Shown here: piece after piece, positions 20,908 to 31,693 of the stretch
Layout: every line of letters begins with the position of its first letter
Position numbering within the stretch: position 1 is the first letter of the stretch
Source: Candidatus Spongiisociaceae bacterium
Lineage (GTDB): Bacteria > Actinomycetota > Acidimicrobiia > Spongiisociales > Spongiisociaceae
Direction: 5' to 3'
Assembly (NCBI GenBank): GCA_965262915.1
Contig: OZ253564.1
Span: 4,416,001-4,480,000, forward strand
DNA length: 64,000 nt
Position numbers and translations under genes: made by a program
The notes under the pieces: generated by a model
Seen by the model: the letters and a program-made list of their open reading frames with translations, nothing else
Database searches by the model: none
What the model was told of the DNA's origin: nothing

Positions 20908-22137
20908 TCAAATCGATGATGGGGCGGTTTGGTGGGTGTGCAGCCAGTTCTGGTATCGGGTGGCGAGGTGGTGGTTGTGGTCTCGGCCGTGTTCGAGTGC
21001 TGAGATGCGATTGGGGTGGGTTCCGACGGCTTGGGCGGTCTGGGTGAGGGTGATGCCGCGTTGTTGGCGTCGGGTGCGTAGGCGGGCGCAGTTCGGGGTT
21101 GGGTGCGGGTTGGTGAGGAGCCGGTAGATTTCTCGGGCGATGTGCCGCTTGAGGCAGCGGATGATCTCCTTTTTCTTCTTGCCCTCGGCCTTGCGTCGTG
21201 CCACGTAGGCTTTGGTGGCGGCGTCGGTGCGCATCCGGGTGGTAGCGATCCGCCATAGCGCGTTGTTGGCTTGGCGGTTGCCGCCCCGGTTGAGACGATG
21301 CCGAAGGGTTCGTCCTGATGACGCCTGGACGGGGCTGGCGCCGCACAGCGCCGCGAAAGACCGTTCCGATTTCATTCGCTTGGGGTTGTCGCCGGCGGCG
21401 ACCAACAACGCGGCGGCTGTGTCAGGACCGACACCTTCTGTGGCCAGCAGGGCCGGGTTGGCCTGGGCGCAGAGACGCCGGATCTCGGCTTCGAGTTGGG
21501 CGATCTCTACGTCGAGGGCCTGATACCGGCGGGCCAAATGCTGTAGGGCACGCTTCGCATACGCGGTGGTGGTGTGGTCTGTGCCGGGTCGGAACCGGGC
21601 ACAGGTTTTGACCCGTGCTTTGAGATTCATGCCCTTTAGCTGGTGTTTTAGCGGCTCGGGAGCTGTTACGACCAGCGCATGTATCTGGTTAGCGGCCTGG
21701 GTGCGGGCCTTGACCGCGGAGCGGCGCACCACCCACAGCATCCGTATGCACTCGACCGGGCCCACACCGGACTTGGGAACCGCGGTTGCTTCGCCCGAGG
21801 CAGCTGCCCGAGCTGCCGCCTCGGCGTCGACGCTGTCGGTCTTGCCGCCCTTCTGGCGGCGTAGTTGGCGGTTGGGGCGGTTGACCTCCACCACCTCGAT
21901 GTTCATCTCGGTCAGGTAACGGGCCAGGCCGGCGCCGTAACTACCCGTTCCTTCCACCCCAACCCGAACCAACTGTCCCCGCGACTCGAACCAGGTGACC
22001 ATTCGCCGATAACCGGATTCCTCCACCGCGAAAGACTCCGATCCCAGTACCCGCCCGACGCCATCCACCACCGCTGCTACGTGGACGTCCCGATGGGTGT
22101 CAACCCCACCGTAGATAATCTGGTCTGCTTCTCCCAT
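20908..22137 (-). CDS. IS110 recombinase with C-terminal XRE HTH
   Basis: GVDTH, VEGTGSYG, KTDSVDA and ASSG motifs; protein identical to 41043..42272. Confidence 0.93.
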   Translation of the reverse strand: MGEADQIIYGGVDTHRDVHVAAVVDGVGRVLGSESFAVEESGYRRMVTWFESRGQLVRVGVEGTGSYGAGLARYLTEMNIEVVEVNRPNRQLRRQKGGKTDSVDAEAAARAAASGEATAVPKSGVGPVECIRMLWVVRRSAVKARTQAANQIHALVVTAPEPLKHQLKGMNLKARVKTCARFRPGTDHTTTAYAKRALQHLARRYQALDVEIAQLEAEIRRLCAQANPALLATEGVGPDTAAALLVAAGDNPKRMKSERSFAALCGASPVQASSGRTLRHRLNRGGNRQANNALWRIATTRMRTDAATKAYVARRKAEGKKKKEIIRCLKRHIAREIYRLLTNPHPTPNCARLRTRRQQRGITLTQTAQAVGTHPNRISALEHGRDHNHHLATRYQNWLHTHQTAPSSI

Positions 22138-22149
22138 GATGCTCTTCTC

Positions 22150-22365
22150 CTCTAGGGGATAGAATCATTTCCGATCCCCGGACCCGTGTGCGGTTGGACA
22201 GGCCACTCACGGTGGAGAAGTTGAAGGCTCCTATTAGGTCACATCCGCCCCGGGTCAGGGGGTTACGCCCCAGGCCGGGAACGGGCCGACAGATCGATGA
22301 AAAGGCACAAGGCCAGATTTCAGTTGGGTCAGACCCGCCCTAGCCCAGGAACCCTCTAATTATGA
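22150..22365 (-). ncRNA. Putative bridge RNA
   Basis: Guides AACTGAAAT and TCATCGAT match the target; ATAGGAGC and TGAGTGG match the element's own ends. Confidence 0.7.
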
Positions 22366-22372
22366 GTGGATT

Positions 22373-23708
22373 TCAGTGGGGAGTGACCGATGGGAGTAGG
22401 TCCCAGTTGGGTTTCCCCGCGTAGAGAAGGGCGCGGATTCGGTAGTTCGCGAAGTTGGGTAACCCGAACGCTGCTCGTTTGATCCGTTTGATGAGGTTGT
22501 TGAGGGCTTCGGTGGGTCCGTTGGTTACCTTCGAGATGTGCCAGTTGGTGATCTGGGGGGTCCAGCGGGCGATGGTACGACCCAGCTTGTTGATCTCGGG
22601 TGGGCAGGATTCGTGTTGGAGGTCGTCTGCGAGCTGGAGGGTGTATCGGAGAGCAAGGACCGGACTCTCGATCCCGTAGATGCCTCGTACCGTCTCTTTC
22701 GCGTGCCAGGCTGTGCGCACTTCCCCGTGGGGGTCACCAGCGTCGAGGAGACCACGCAGCCGTATTTGACCGCGGTCGCTGATCCTCTCATGCGCAGCGG
22801 TTAGGAGCCGCCGTATCCGATACAGCGGGTCATCCTTGCGGCCTCTGTGTCCCAGGGTTTCGTTTTGGACTCTTCGTCGTACCTCGTCGAGACGCTGGTT
22901 GGCGAGGCGGATGACGTGGAACGGGTCCGCTACCTGCAGCGCGTGCGGTAACACCCTGTCATACGCCTTCCGATACGAACCGGACATGTCCAACACCGCC
23001 CAGCGGATAGCCTCACACCATTCGGTGGGTTGTGACCGGAACCAGGCTGCGGCGCTTTCTGCTGTTCTACCAGGGACTATGTCGAACCGGCTGGTGGCCG
23101 CCAACGTCGACGACAGAGGTGCACCAGACTTTGGTACGCCAACGGCCCCGACGCCAGAACAACGTCTCGTCCACTCCCACAGCTTCGACGGTCCCGACCC
23201 GATCGGTGTCTGCTTCCAGCAGCGCTTCGCCCCAGCGGCCAACCTCTTTGTTCACCGTATGCCAATCACAACCAAGTTCTGCGGCGACCTCGTCGACCGA
23301 ACGGCCCCGCCCACCCACCTGGATGGTCACCCACCGGGCCGCTCGGGATGTCAACAACGCCCGTTGGGGACCAATCTTGGGGTCTTGTTCGATGAACGAT
23401 CTGAGCGCACAGTCGGTGTTCGGACATGTCCAGCGCCGTTTCCGCCACCGCAGCCGCACAGGCCGGCCGAACGCCGGTAAATCCACCAACACCACACTCC
23501 GATAGCCCTTCGACCACACCGACCCGCCACAGGCCACACACAACGGCCGGGGCTTGCGGGACCGGATCACCACCTCCAACGGTGCCTCCTCGCCCGGGTC
23601 GTTGATCCCTACCAGATCAACCTCACCTAGGCCTACCAACTTCTCGCACATGCGCGCAGGGATCAGCTTCCACAGGGGTCCTCCTGCCTCGGATGTCATT
23701 ACCAACAC
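22373..23708 (-). pseudogene. ISL3 transposase, frameshifted
   Basis: Near-identical to 39510..40808; split into two ORFs near 23085. Confidence 0.9.
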
Positions 23709-23862
23709 CCGATTATGGAGGACCCCTCCTCACTTCTGGTGGATTCCAACTCCCCCTGGCAGATCCCCTACTCCCCACTCATTTCCGAAGAGCCGGTTAT
23801 TGATACTTGGTTTGAGGGCGTTCCTGGTGGTTGCTGCTGTAGGGATGACCGGATCCATCCAT

Positions 23863-24657
23863 CTACGGTGGTAATTCAGGTCCGCCGAAGTCGAGTAGCT
23901 TGACAAAGTCAGCTAACTTTCTCCGGTGTTCCAGATACTTCTGAGGTCTGTCCTCGCACTCGAAATGAAAGATGGCGTTCCGGGCCTTGGTTGCTTCCTT
24001 GAATAGACTACCGAACTCTGGGTGGCTTACGCCCTGCCACGGGCCCGACTTCACCATGCGAGTCCAAGTATCAGTCTCCGCTACGAGCTTTTTCCTGTAG
24101 TAACGGAAGTTCATCTTCTCAGGCGGCGTACCCTTATTCTCTGCGAAGGCATTGCAGAGCTCCCTCAGCCGCAACTCCAAGCGGCGAACCTCTACGAGTC
24201 CCATCGCGTGTTGATCTGTCCAGCGCACCAGATCGGCCGAAGTCATGACCCCGAAGAAGCTCCCATCCTTATCGTATGTCAGGATGAAGTCATTCTCGAA
24301 CAGGACACTGATAACGTCGACGACCGACTTATCGACAGAGAACTGCTGGAATCTCTCGGGTGGATCGCAGGCATCTCTACAGACAGGCAACCGACCACCA
24401 AGGTCGGAGAGAAGAGAGCGAGTGATCGACTTCCACGTGACTATACCTTGCAACTGTACAGGCCCATTGGAGTGGTCCACTGACTCAACGCGAACCGGCA
24501 TCTGGGAGTACTCGTGAGCGATCATGCGGGTGAGAGCCAACGACACCTCGTCATCGGGGTGAACGTACACTAGGCGGTCGTCCTTCACAGTTGCGTGAGG
24601 GATTCTTCGCAGTGCGAATTCAGAGTCTTGGCTCAACAAGGAGAACGCCGGTTTCAA
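23863..24657 (-). CDS. CBS-pair protein with a C-terminal HEPN-like RxxxxH motif
   Basis: YSQMPV...LQGIVTWKSI and GVMTSADL (CBS); ELRLR...ARNAIFH. Confidence 0.65.
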   Translation of the reverse strand: MKPAFSLLSQDSEFALRRIPHATVKDDRLVYVHPDDEVSLALTRMIAHEYSQMPVRVESVDHSNGPVQLQGIVTWKSITRSLLSDLGGRLPVCRDACDPPERFQQFSVDKSVVDVISVLFENDFILTYDKDGSFFGVMTSADLVRWTDQHAMGLVEVRRLELRLRELCNAFAENKGTPPEKMNFRYYRKKLVAETDTWTRMVKSGPWQGVSHPEFGSLFKEATKARNAIFHFECEDRPQKYLEHRRKLADFVKLLDFGGPELPP

Positions 24658-24895
24658 GCTACAACCTCCAATCGCAACCGGTCCGTGCCATTCATGATGC
24701 TATACCTACCCTGCCGATTGCCTGATCGTTTAGCTGAAGCGCTTCGGAAGAACGACAAGCAATGTAATCCAAGGTACCCGAACTCAACAGATGGATGACT
24801 ACGAGGTCGGATGGCCCTGATACGATGTCGAATAGGCCTGAACACAGGATTCGAGGTTAGGAGAAACAGGTGCGGCCCGGCGGTTCGGTCTCTCA

Positions 24896-27800
24896 TTAGC
24901 CCGTGATGGTTTTTGGCGGATCGGCCTGTCCGCGATCGTTCGATCCCCAGCAGAAGATGGACCCGTTGGTACGCACTCCACAAAAATGCCCTCTCCCAAC
25001 AGCGACCGAAGTGAATTGGCCGGAGGGTATGTCAGGATGGTCCGGCCAGCAGACGAGGCTACCGTCCGCGTGTATCCCACACGTACGGGCCGCGCCAACG
25101 GCTATGGTAGTAAACCGGCCGGGCGGGGAATCCAATTGGCCGCGTGCGTTGCTGCCCCAGCAGACGACCTCCCAGTCGACTCGGATCGCACAGGAATGGT
25201 CGGCACGGGAGCCAGACACGATCTGCTCAAAGCGGCCGGACGGTGCGTCTGTCTGCCCCTGTCTATTGTCGCCCCAGCACGTGACCGAGCCGTCTGGACC
25301 TATCGCACAGGAATGGCTATCACCGGCGGCTATGTCAGTGTAGTGGCCAGATGGCGGATCGACCTGGCCCCAGTCCCTGTTGTGCCAAGGATCCCGGGAT
25401 GCGTTCGGTTCGCCCCAGCAGACAGATGTACCGTCGGTGCGTATCGCGCACGAGCCTTCGCCGCCTGCGGCGATGGCAATGAATCGACCCGGGGGAGCTT
25501 CTATCCGAGAACTATCGTATACCCAGCAGGCTATCGTGCCGTCGGTACGTATCGCACAGGTATGGACAAATCCTGTGGCTATAGCTGTGAATCTGCCATC
25601 GCGTGGTTCATTTCGGCGGTGTAAGTCGTTCCCTCCCCAACACACTAGGTTACCCTCGGTGTGTATGCCGCGGATGCCGCAGGAGTAACCGGAACCGGCT
25701 GCTATGGCTGTGAACCGGCCTGTCGGGGCTTCAGCCTGGCCGTTATTGTTGATACCCCAGCATTCGGCGGTGCCGTCTGTGCGTATTCCGCACGTGTGAT
25801 CGCTCGTGGCGGATAGCGCCTTGAATGTTCCGGTCGGGGCGGTTGCTTGCCCGGAGTCGTTATTACCCCAGCACGCGGCGGTGCCGTCTGTGCGTATCCC
25901 ACATGCGTGAGAGCCGCCCGTTGCTACAGCGTCGAAAGTCCCAGGGGGCGCTACTAACTTGCCGGTGAGCAGTCCCCCACCCCAGCAGATAACGGAGCGG
26001 TCGCTGCTGAGAATCGCGCATGTGTGGTTGTCCCCAGCGGACACGGCCGTGAACGTTCCGGTCGGGGCGTCCAAGCGACCACTTTGGTCGCTGCCCCAGC
26101 AGGCGATCGTTCCGCCGCTACGGATCGCACAGGAATGGAACGATCCGACGGCAATCGTGGGCGAACCGAGGGGCGCAGTGTCTGTTGCCGTCGGGATACC
26201 AGGCCCGGTACCCACTGTTGTCAGAGCCCGGATCAGCAGTGATGCGAGTTGGGCACGGGTCACGTGCTTGTCGGGGCAGAACCGGGGAGGGTCGGTGTCG
26301 CATCCCTTCGTCACATCCGCCGCAGCAAGCGCCTCGATAGCGAGAAGGTACGGATGGTCGGCGGGAACGTCGGTGAACCTACCCGCAGCAGTGGACGCCT
26401 TTGGGACAGTGGGCAGGAGCTGGGCTATGAACTCAGCTACTTCTCCCCGTTTGGCCGGGTCGTTGGGGCGAAAAGTACCTTGTGGGTTCGTCCATGCCTG
26501 GCCGGCGAACCGTTCCACATGTCGTGCATACCAGGCATCCGCCGCAACGTCGGAGTACACGTTCCCCGTGGCTGCGGGCAGCGAAGTATCGCCATCGGTA
26601 GCGCGGACCAGCATGACAACAAGCTGGGCGCGAGTAACCGGCCGGTGTGGGCAGAACAAGTCGAGATCCGCGTCGCATCCCCGCGTGATGGACTCCTGCG
26701 CGAGGGCTTCTATGTTCACTTCGTGGACACTTCCGTCGTCGTCACGGAACGCGCCCCCAAACGGGGGGCCGATCACCACGTCGAAAGAATCCCCGACCCG
26801 CCGTTTCACCGTCACAACTCTTGCACCCGGTGTTCCGTCGCTGTAGATGATGGGGATGCTCAGAGCTTCACCCGGCCCCAGCACGTGATCCGCCGTGTCA
26901 GCCGCTCCCCGCTGCCAGACTCTCCGATTCAGGGAGACACAGGCCAGTTCGTTGTCGCATAGCTCCGCTCGCTGGTCAACCCGGTACACCTCGACACCCT
27001 CCCTGGGAATATCGAGGTCATACCCTCCCCGAACCCTGGCACCGAGCGCATCGAATACACCGTCCTCGGTGTAGGTCATCGCAACCATCTGCTTCCCGCC
27101 ACCAGTGCGAACTCCGATAGGGTCGATACGGAACTTGACCACACCCTTCGCCGAGAACCATATCGCCACGTCGTCAGGATCCACCCACCCCGCCGCGTAA
27201 CGGTTCACCGCCGGGGTTGCTCTCCACTCCCGCTTCCCGTCGTTGGTCGGCGACCCCATAACATCCATCGGGTTGTCGTACTCCCAGCTAGCCGCCCGAC
27301 TGAAGGAATGCGGCCAATGCAGAGCATGTCCAATCTCGTGCACGTAAGTGTCGGCGAACGCGTCGCCGCCCACGATCGCCCACCGGTCGTTGCCGGGAAA
27401 CGAGGCGCAATCGTCGGCGAGACACCACTCACTCGGACCTGCCCAGCCCTCCTCACTTGAGCTTGTGTCAATAATGAGCGCACCATCGGCGCCTCCCGGC
27501 GACGCCTCCTTGACATGATCAACACAATCCGACCACTGGACGGACTGGTCGGACGTATAACGGCTGTACTCCGAGAAGGTCAACGAAGACACGTCAGGCT
27601 CGACAGTTCCACCGACCCGGAACGTCGGCCGATACCGATTCCCGGACAGCCACCGGAAATACGGGATCACGTCAGACTCGTCGTTGAGCCACTTGGTAAG
27701 GCGTTTGGGGTCATGAATGTTCGCGACTGACTCGCCAGGCGTCCAACAGATCCAAACCTCCCATGTATCGGTTCCGCTGCCATATACGGACATCCAGGGC

Positions 27801-28006
27801 AGCAAGGAGATGAGACCGTGCGGATCGAAGGTATAAGCGTTCTCGTCATACCAGTCCGGCGGCTGGGACTGGGCCCCCACCGAGATCGCGAACGAGAGCC
27901 CTAAGGCGATCGTGAACAACGAAACGGTGATCCATCCACGCCGAGAGGTGCCAGTACTGCAAGTAGGGATCATGCAGGGACACTTACTGTTTAACGGATC
28001 CATCAA
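24896..28006 (-). CDS. Secreted metallopeptidase-SLH-RCC1-like repeat protein
   Basis: Signal peptide; HEIGHALHWPH...DNPMDVMG; SLH TRAQ motifs; about ten AG..HTCAIRTDG...CWG repeats. Confidence 0.85.
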   Translation of the reverse strand: MMDPLNSKCPCMIPTCSTGTSRRGWITVSLFTIALGLSFAISVGAQSQPPDWYDENAYTFDPHGLISLLPWMSVYGSGTDTWEVWICWTPGESVANIHDPKRLTKWLNDESDVIPYFRWLSGNRYRPTFRVGGTVEPDVSSLTFSEYSRYTSDQSVQWSDCVDHVKEASPGGADGALIIDTSSSEEGWAGPSEWCLADDCASFPGNDRWAIVGGDAFADTYVHEIGHALHWPHSFSRAASWEYDNPMDVMGSPTNDGKREWRATPAVNRYAAGWVDPDDVAIWFSAKGVVKFRIDPIGVRTGGGKQMVAMTYTEDGVFDALGARVRGGYDLDIPREGVEVYRVDQRAELCDNELACVSLNRRVWQRGAADTADHVLGPGEALSIPIIYSDGTPGARVVTVKRRVGDSFDVVIGPPFGGAFRDDDGSVHEVNIEALAQESITRGCDADLDLFCPHRPVTRAQLVVMLVRATDGDTSLPAATGNVYSDVAADAWYARHVERFAGQAWTNPQGTFRPNDPAKRGEVAEFIAQLLPTVPKASTAAGRFTDVPADHPYLLAIEALAAADVTKGCDTDPPRFCPDKHVTRAQLASLLIRALTTVGTGPGIPTATDTAPLGSPTIAVGSFHSCAIRSGGTIACWGSDQSGRLDAPTGTFTAVSAGDNHTCAILSSDRSVICWGGGLLTGKLVAPPGTFDAVATGGSHACGIRTDGTAACWGNNDSGQATAPTGTFKALSATSDHTCGIRTDGTAECWGINNNGQAEAPTGRFTAIAAGSGYSCGIRGIHTEGNLVCWGGNDLHRRNEPRDGRFTAIATGFVHTCAIRTDGTIACWVYDSSRIEAPPGRFIAIAAGGEGSCAIRTDGTSVCWGEPNASRDPWHNRDWGQVDPPSGHYTDIAAGDSHSCAIGPDGSVTCWGDNRQGQTDAPSGRFEQIVSGSRADHSCAIRVDWEVVCWGSNARGQLDSPPGRFTTIAVGAARTCGIHADGSLVCWPDHPDIPSGQFTSVAVGRGHFCGVRTNGSIFCWGSNDRGQADPPKTITG

Positions 28007-28259
28007 TATCGGCCTCCTAGATGAGTAGTTCGGCGTGACCGATCCGGTCGCCTAGCGGATGCGCTCCACTCCCAGACGGCCAGCTCCAGGCTCATGGCAC
28101 AGCAACCCGAGAACAATATCGTCCGGACCACAATCCAAGCGGTGGCGGCCCTCGGAAGGCACCCAGTCCCGTCATACCAACGCCTTCGATGAAACGTTAG
28201 GCCTCCCCACCGAGCATTCGGCCACCATCGCCCTCCTGACCAAGCAGATTCTGGCGGCC

Positions 28260-29294
28260 TAGATGAATAGTTCCAAGGGGTGCGGGGGCGAAATCCACCG
28301 TTTCGGGGCTTGAGGGGTCCAAGATCCAGGGTATCAAACCTTCCCCGATCCGAAAGGGCCCGGTATGGGCCCGGACCTCGACACCCTCGCTACCACACTA
28401 TACGTGACAGTCGATGATCTGTTGATCCAGCACCCCGAATGGGCGCCCCAGCGTCCCGCGGTGGGGATCGCTCCCCGACTGTCCGACGCCGAGTTGGTCA
28501 CCCTAGCGGTGATCGGGGTGCTGCTCAGGTTCGATACCGAAGCCCGTTTCCTGCGCTACGCCCACGCCCATCTGGGACCCTGGTTCCCCTATCTGCCCGC
28601 CCGGGCTGGTTACAACAAGCGGCTGCGCCGCAGCGCCGGGCTTCTCCAACATGTGATCCGGTGGCTGGCCAGAGACTCCCCGAGTTGGTGGGACGATGTT
28701 TGGCTAGTGGATTCCACCCCGGTCGAGTGCGGCCGCAGCCGCGAGACCGCCCAGCGCTCTGACCTGGGAGGATGGGCGGAATACGGCTACTGCGCGTCGC
28801 ATTCCCGCTACTTTTGGGGACTGCGTCTCCATCTCGTCGCTACACCGTCCGGTTTACCGATCACGTTCGCTCTCGCCGGCGCCAAAGCCGACGAACGCGA
28901 CATCTGCTCTGCCATGCTGTCCCACGCCCAGATAGCCCGCCAAGGCCAGACGCTCATGGCGGACAAGGGATACAAGAGCGGCCCCTTTGAGGAAGACCTC
29001 AAGACGGCTGGGATCAGCCTCATCCGACCCGCCACCAAAACAGAAACACCACGGGCGGGCAAACAGCTCCTCAAAGCGTTCCGTCAAACCATCGAATCGG
29101 TCTACGACACCCTCAAAGACCAACTCGGGCTCCAACGCCACGGCGGACGCACCCGAACCGGTGTCTGGGTACGCGTACTACAGCGCATACTCGCCCTCAC
29201 CGCCGTCATCTGGCACAACCAAACCACCCAACGGCCCGGCCCGGCCCGCTCCCTGATCGCATATGACCACTAAAACCTTGGAACAGATCATCTA
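28260..29294 (+). mobile_element. IS982-family element
   Basis: Imperfect IRs TAGATGAATAGTTCCAAGG and CCTTGGAACAGATCATCTA. Confidence 0.8.
28365..29273 (+). CDS. IS982-family transposase
   Basis: LSDAELVTL, VDSTPV, YGYCASHSRYFWG, ADKGY and RQTIES motifs. Confidence 0.92.
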   Translation: MGPDLDTLATTLYVTVDDLLIQHPEWAPQRPAVGIAPRLSDAELVTLAVIGVLLRFDTEARFLRYAHAHLGPWFPYLPARAGYNKRLRRSAGLLQHVIRWLARDSPSWWDDVWLVDSTPVECGRSRETAQRSDLGGWAEYGYCASHSRYFWGLRLHLVATPSGLPITFALAGAKADERDICSAMLSHAQIARQGQTLMADKGYKSGPFEEDLKTAGISLIRPATKTETPRAGKQLLKAFRQTIESVYDTLKDQLGLQRHGGRTRTGVWVRVLQRILALTAVIWHNQTTQRPGPARSLIAYDH

Positions 29295-29321
29295 GTAGGG
29301 CGTTACCGATACCGACGGTAC

Positions 29322-29867
29322 GTGACCGAGTTCGCGCTCGTCACAACGTCGGCCATCCGGACACTACTGACCAGATGGCCGCCCGAGCGAAGCGAACGGA
29401 AGGCCGCTGGCTCCGCTACGACCAGCTCATCGCCAGCACGCCGGTACGTGGTCTACGACCAAAGATTGTCTGAACAGGGTTCGTTGGACCCACCCCCAGG
29501 TTACATTCCACCTGAATCCCCGAGTACCGAAGGAGGGCTCATGCACCACGATCTCGACTCCAGGATAAGTACCCACATCAACGCTTTCGCGCACCATTTC
29601 GAACGTCCGCCTGACTGCTCCATCCTCCACCAGCCTCTCAAGGACACATTCGTGGAACTCCGAGAGTACGGCCAGGCCCCCGACCCGGCGGCGCATCGCC
29701 AATTCGCCGAGGACCACACCATCGCTCCCGACTTCGATCACCTCATCACCCACGTCGGCGACTCCGATCACGACGCCCACTACCACATTGAGCAGCTCCG
29801 CTCGCTGTGGGATACGGGCGACTGCACACCGGAATGCACGTGCCCCGAATACCCTTCGTTCGGATGA
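29322..29867 (+). CDS. Hypothetical protein (start may be at 29541)
   Basis: ORF only; RBS GGAGGG before 29541. Confidence 0.4.
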   Translation: MTEFALVTTSAIRTLLTRWPPERSERKAAGSATTSSSPARRYVVYDQRLSEQGSLDPPPGYIPPESPSTEGGLMHHDLDSRISTHINAFAHHFERPPDCSILHQPLKDTFVELREYGQAPDPAAHRQFAEDHTIAPDFDHLITHVGDSDHDAHYHIEQLRSLWDTGDCTPECTCPEYPSFG

Positions 29868-29960
29868 GTTTCCGCGATCGAACAGATCGCCGCCCACTCA
29901 GAGCGATGCTCCCCCGGTGCTCCAACACCAGGCGAACCGCCCGCTCCCCAACCTCCGGAC
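29868..29960 (-). mobile_element. IS3 orfA fragment
   Basis: PEVGERAVRLVLEH...WAAICSIAE. Confidence 0.65.
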
Positions 29961-30409
29961 GCCGACCGCGAAGCCCACCAAGCGGAAGCCACCGCCGCCT
30001 ACGCCCGGCTGGTGTTCGAGGTTGGGGACCGGCTGGAAACCGTCGAGGGGGCCACCGTGTGCGACACCGCCCTGCGGGCCCTGGCACTGGCCCTGGGCAG
30101 CCTGCATCGGGTACCGGACGGGGATCGGCTCATCCCCATCCCCCACGACCACACCACCCGCGACATCGCCTGGCAGTACCCACCCGAAGCTATCGCCGCG
30201 GTCGACGCCCCGACCCTGGCACGGGCGTTCATCCGCCAAAAGATCGACCGTCTGCTCCACCACCACTGGTGGGCCGACCGCCACCCCACGAGTACAACAT
30301 CATCGCAGGGCTAGCCGCCCAGCTTGGCCTCTACGAACCCGCCACCGACGACGGCGGCGCCGGCGGGGATGGGGGTAGGCTCCCCCCGATGGCGCCAACC
30401 AGCCACCCC

Positions 30410-30445
30410 CACGGTCAACCCCCCAATCCGTCGGTGGATTCAGGC
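30410..30445 (+). mobile_element. Isolated IS1380 right end
   Basis: cacggtcaaccccccaatccgtcggtggattcagg, near-identical to the IS1380 end at ~44489-44523. Confidence 0.75.
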
Positions 30446-30480
30446 TTATTCTCACCGCTGACATTCGACTCGAATTACTA

Positions 30481-30517
30481 CTAGATAGCTAGGTAATCAA
30501 TTGCTAGCATATCTAGC
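30481..30517. promoter_or_regulatory. Imperfect inverted repeat, possible operator
   Basis: CTAGATAGCTAG...CTAGCATATCTAG in an AT-rich stretch just upstream of 30539. Confidence 0.35.
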
Positions 30518-30538
30518 ACCAGTCAAAGGGGGTAGGAT

Positions 30539-31289
30539 ATGATCCTTGATCACCGTAGGCGTTCACCATTCCGTGGACGACCCTTGGCCCTAGCGGTTGC
30601 TGTGCTTGCCATCTGTGCGCTCAATGGCACACCTGCCAACGCCGACCCGGGTCGCTCAGCGGCACAGGCAGCCACTCCGAGTGAGGCCGACAACGCGCAG
30701 GAGTTGCTTGCTCTGATGCAACGAGCGGGTATCGATGTTCAAGACACCAATGACGCAACGGAGCTTGTCCAAGCCGCTGGCGTGTCGGCGGCCGATGCCG
30801 TAGATTTGCTACGCAGCGATGAGCGCTATGCAGATGCGTTCGTGGCTCCGGTGGTCACAGCCTCGGTTGCCACCTATCGAAGTGAGACGACTTACCAACA
30901 GGCTGCGGGCAGCGACCAGCAATGTGGATGGGCAACAACACGAGTCAGCATAAAGGGCGGAACCACTGCACTTCGAAGTGCAGTGGTTCCGCTTGCGCAC
31001 GGACTGGTGTTGGACTCTCGACGAGACAGAGATCGTGGGAACGCCGACCAACGACCCTGTCACGTTTGGCGGTACAGCTTACGGCACAGCGCTGGGATAC
31101 ACGTGGACCTCGGATCCATCAATTGACTCCCATCAGTGGGTAACCGACGGTTGGAAGTACCGAATCTCGGTCAGGGGCACGTCGAAGATATGCCCACTCC
31201 GCCTCAACAGCTGCTTCTCGACAAAGACACCGTGGCTGATCCATGACATGTACGGTAACGGAACAGTCGGCAAGCAGTCGGGAACCTAA
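30539..31289 (+). pseudogene. Secreted Cys/Trp-motif protein, frameshifted
   Basis: Signal peptide in ORF 30539; C-terminal WCW...C-x-C...PW...YGNG in ORF 30978, paralogous to 34118..34690. Confidence 0.6.
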
Positions 31290-31293
31290 CCAG

Positions 31294-31536
31294 ATGAGTC
31301 AGAGCCCTTGGTTCCAATTGAGATGGCCCCCAGTACTCGCAGCAGTCCTGACAGGATGGTTCTTACCGATCATCGCTCTACAAGCTGCAGTCATCATCTC
31401 TGTGTTCTCTCTGTGGGTGTGGAGATTCCACGGCAGACATCAAGCCGGGCGGCTACTAGGCGTCGCTTTAGCCCTCGCGGTAGCGGCCGGACTCCATCTG
31501 CTATTGGCCCTACCCGTAGTCGTTGAGTTGACGTAG
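31294..31536 (+). CDS. Small membrane protein (immunity-like position)
   Basis: Hydrophobic, 80 aa, starts 4 nt after the upstream stop. Confidence 0.6.
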   Translation: MSQSPWFQLRWPPVLAAVLTGWFLPIIALQAAVIISVFSLWVWRFHGRHQAGRLLGVALALAVAAGLHLLLALPVVVELT

Positions 31537-31693
31537 CGACCCGGTTACGGTTCAAAGTGGGCCGTGACCAACCGACCACCACGGCGGATGCCAGAACCAA
31601 CCACCACAGAAAATAGGGGTGGCGTACCGGCCAGCCCGCGAAGCGGCCACACCCGTAGACAGCACACGCGGGTCAGTCCACGGAGAGACCAAG

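Larger units (their letters stand above)
20884..23794 (-). mobile_element. ISL3 element with an IS110 (20893-22371) inserted in its right IR
   Basis: IRL GGCTCTTCGGAAATGAGTGGGG; right IR split as CCACTGAAAT / ATCGATGAGCC; flanks share TTATTG. Confidence 0.88.

Noticed and set aside
24900-26160. RCC1 repeats as a diversity-generating retroelement target
   Set aside because: No reverse transcriptase and no template/variable repeat pair in the window.
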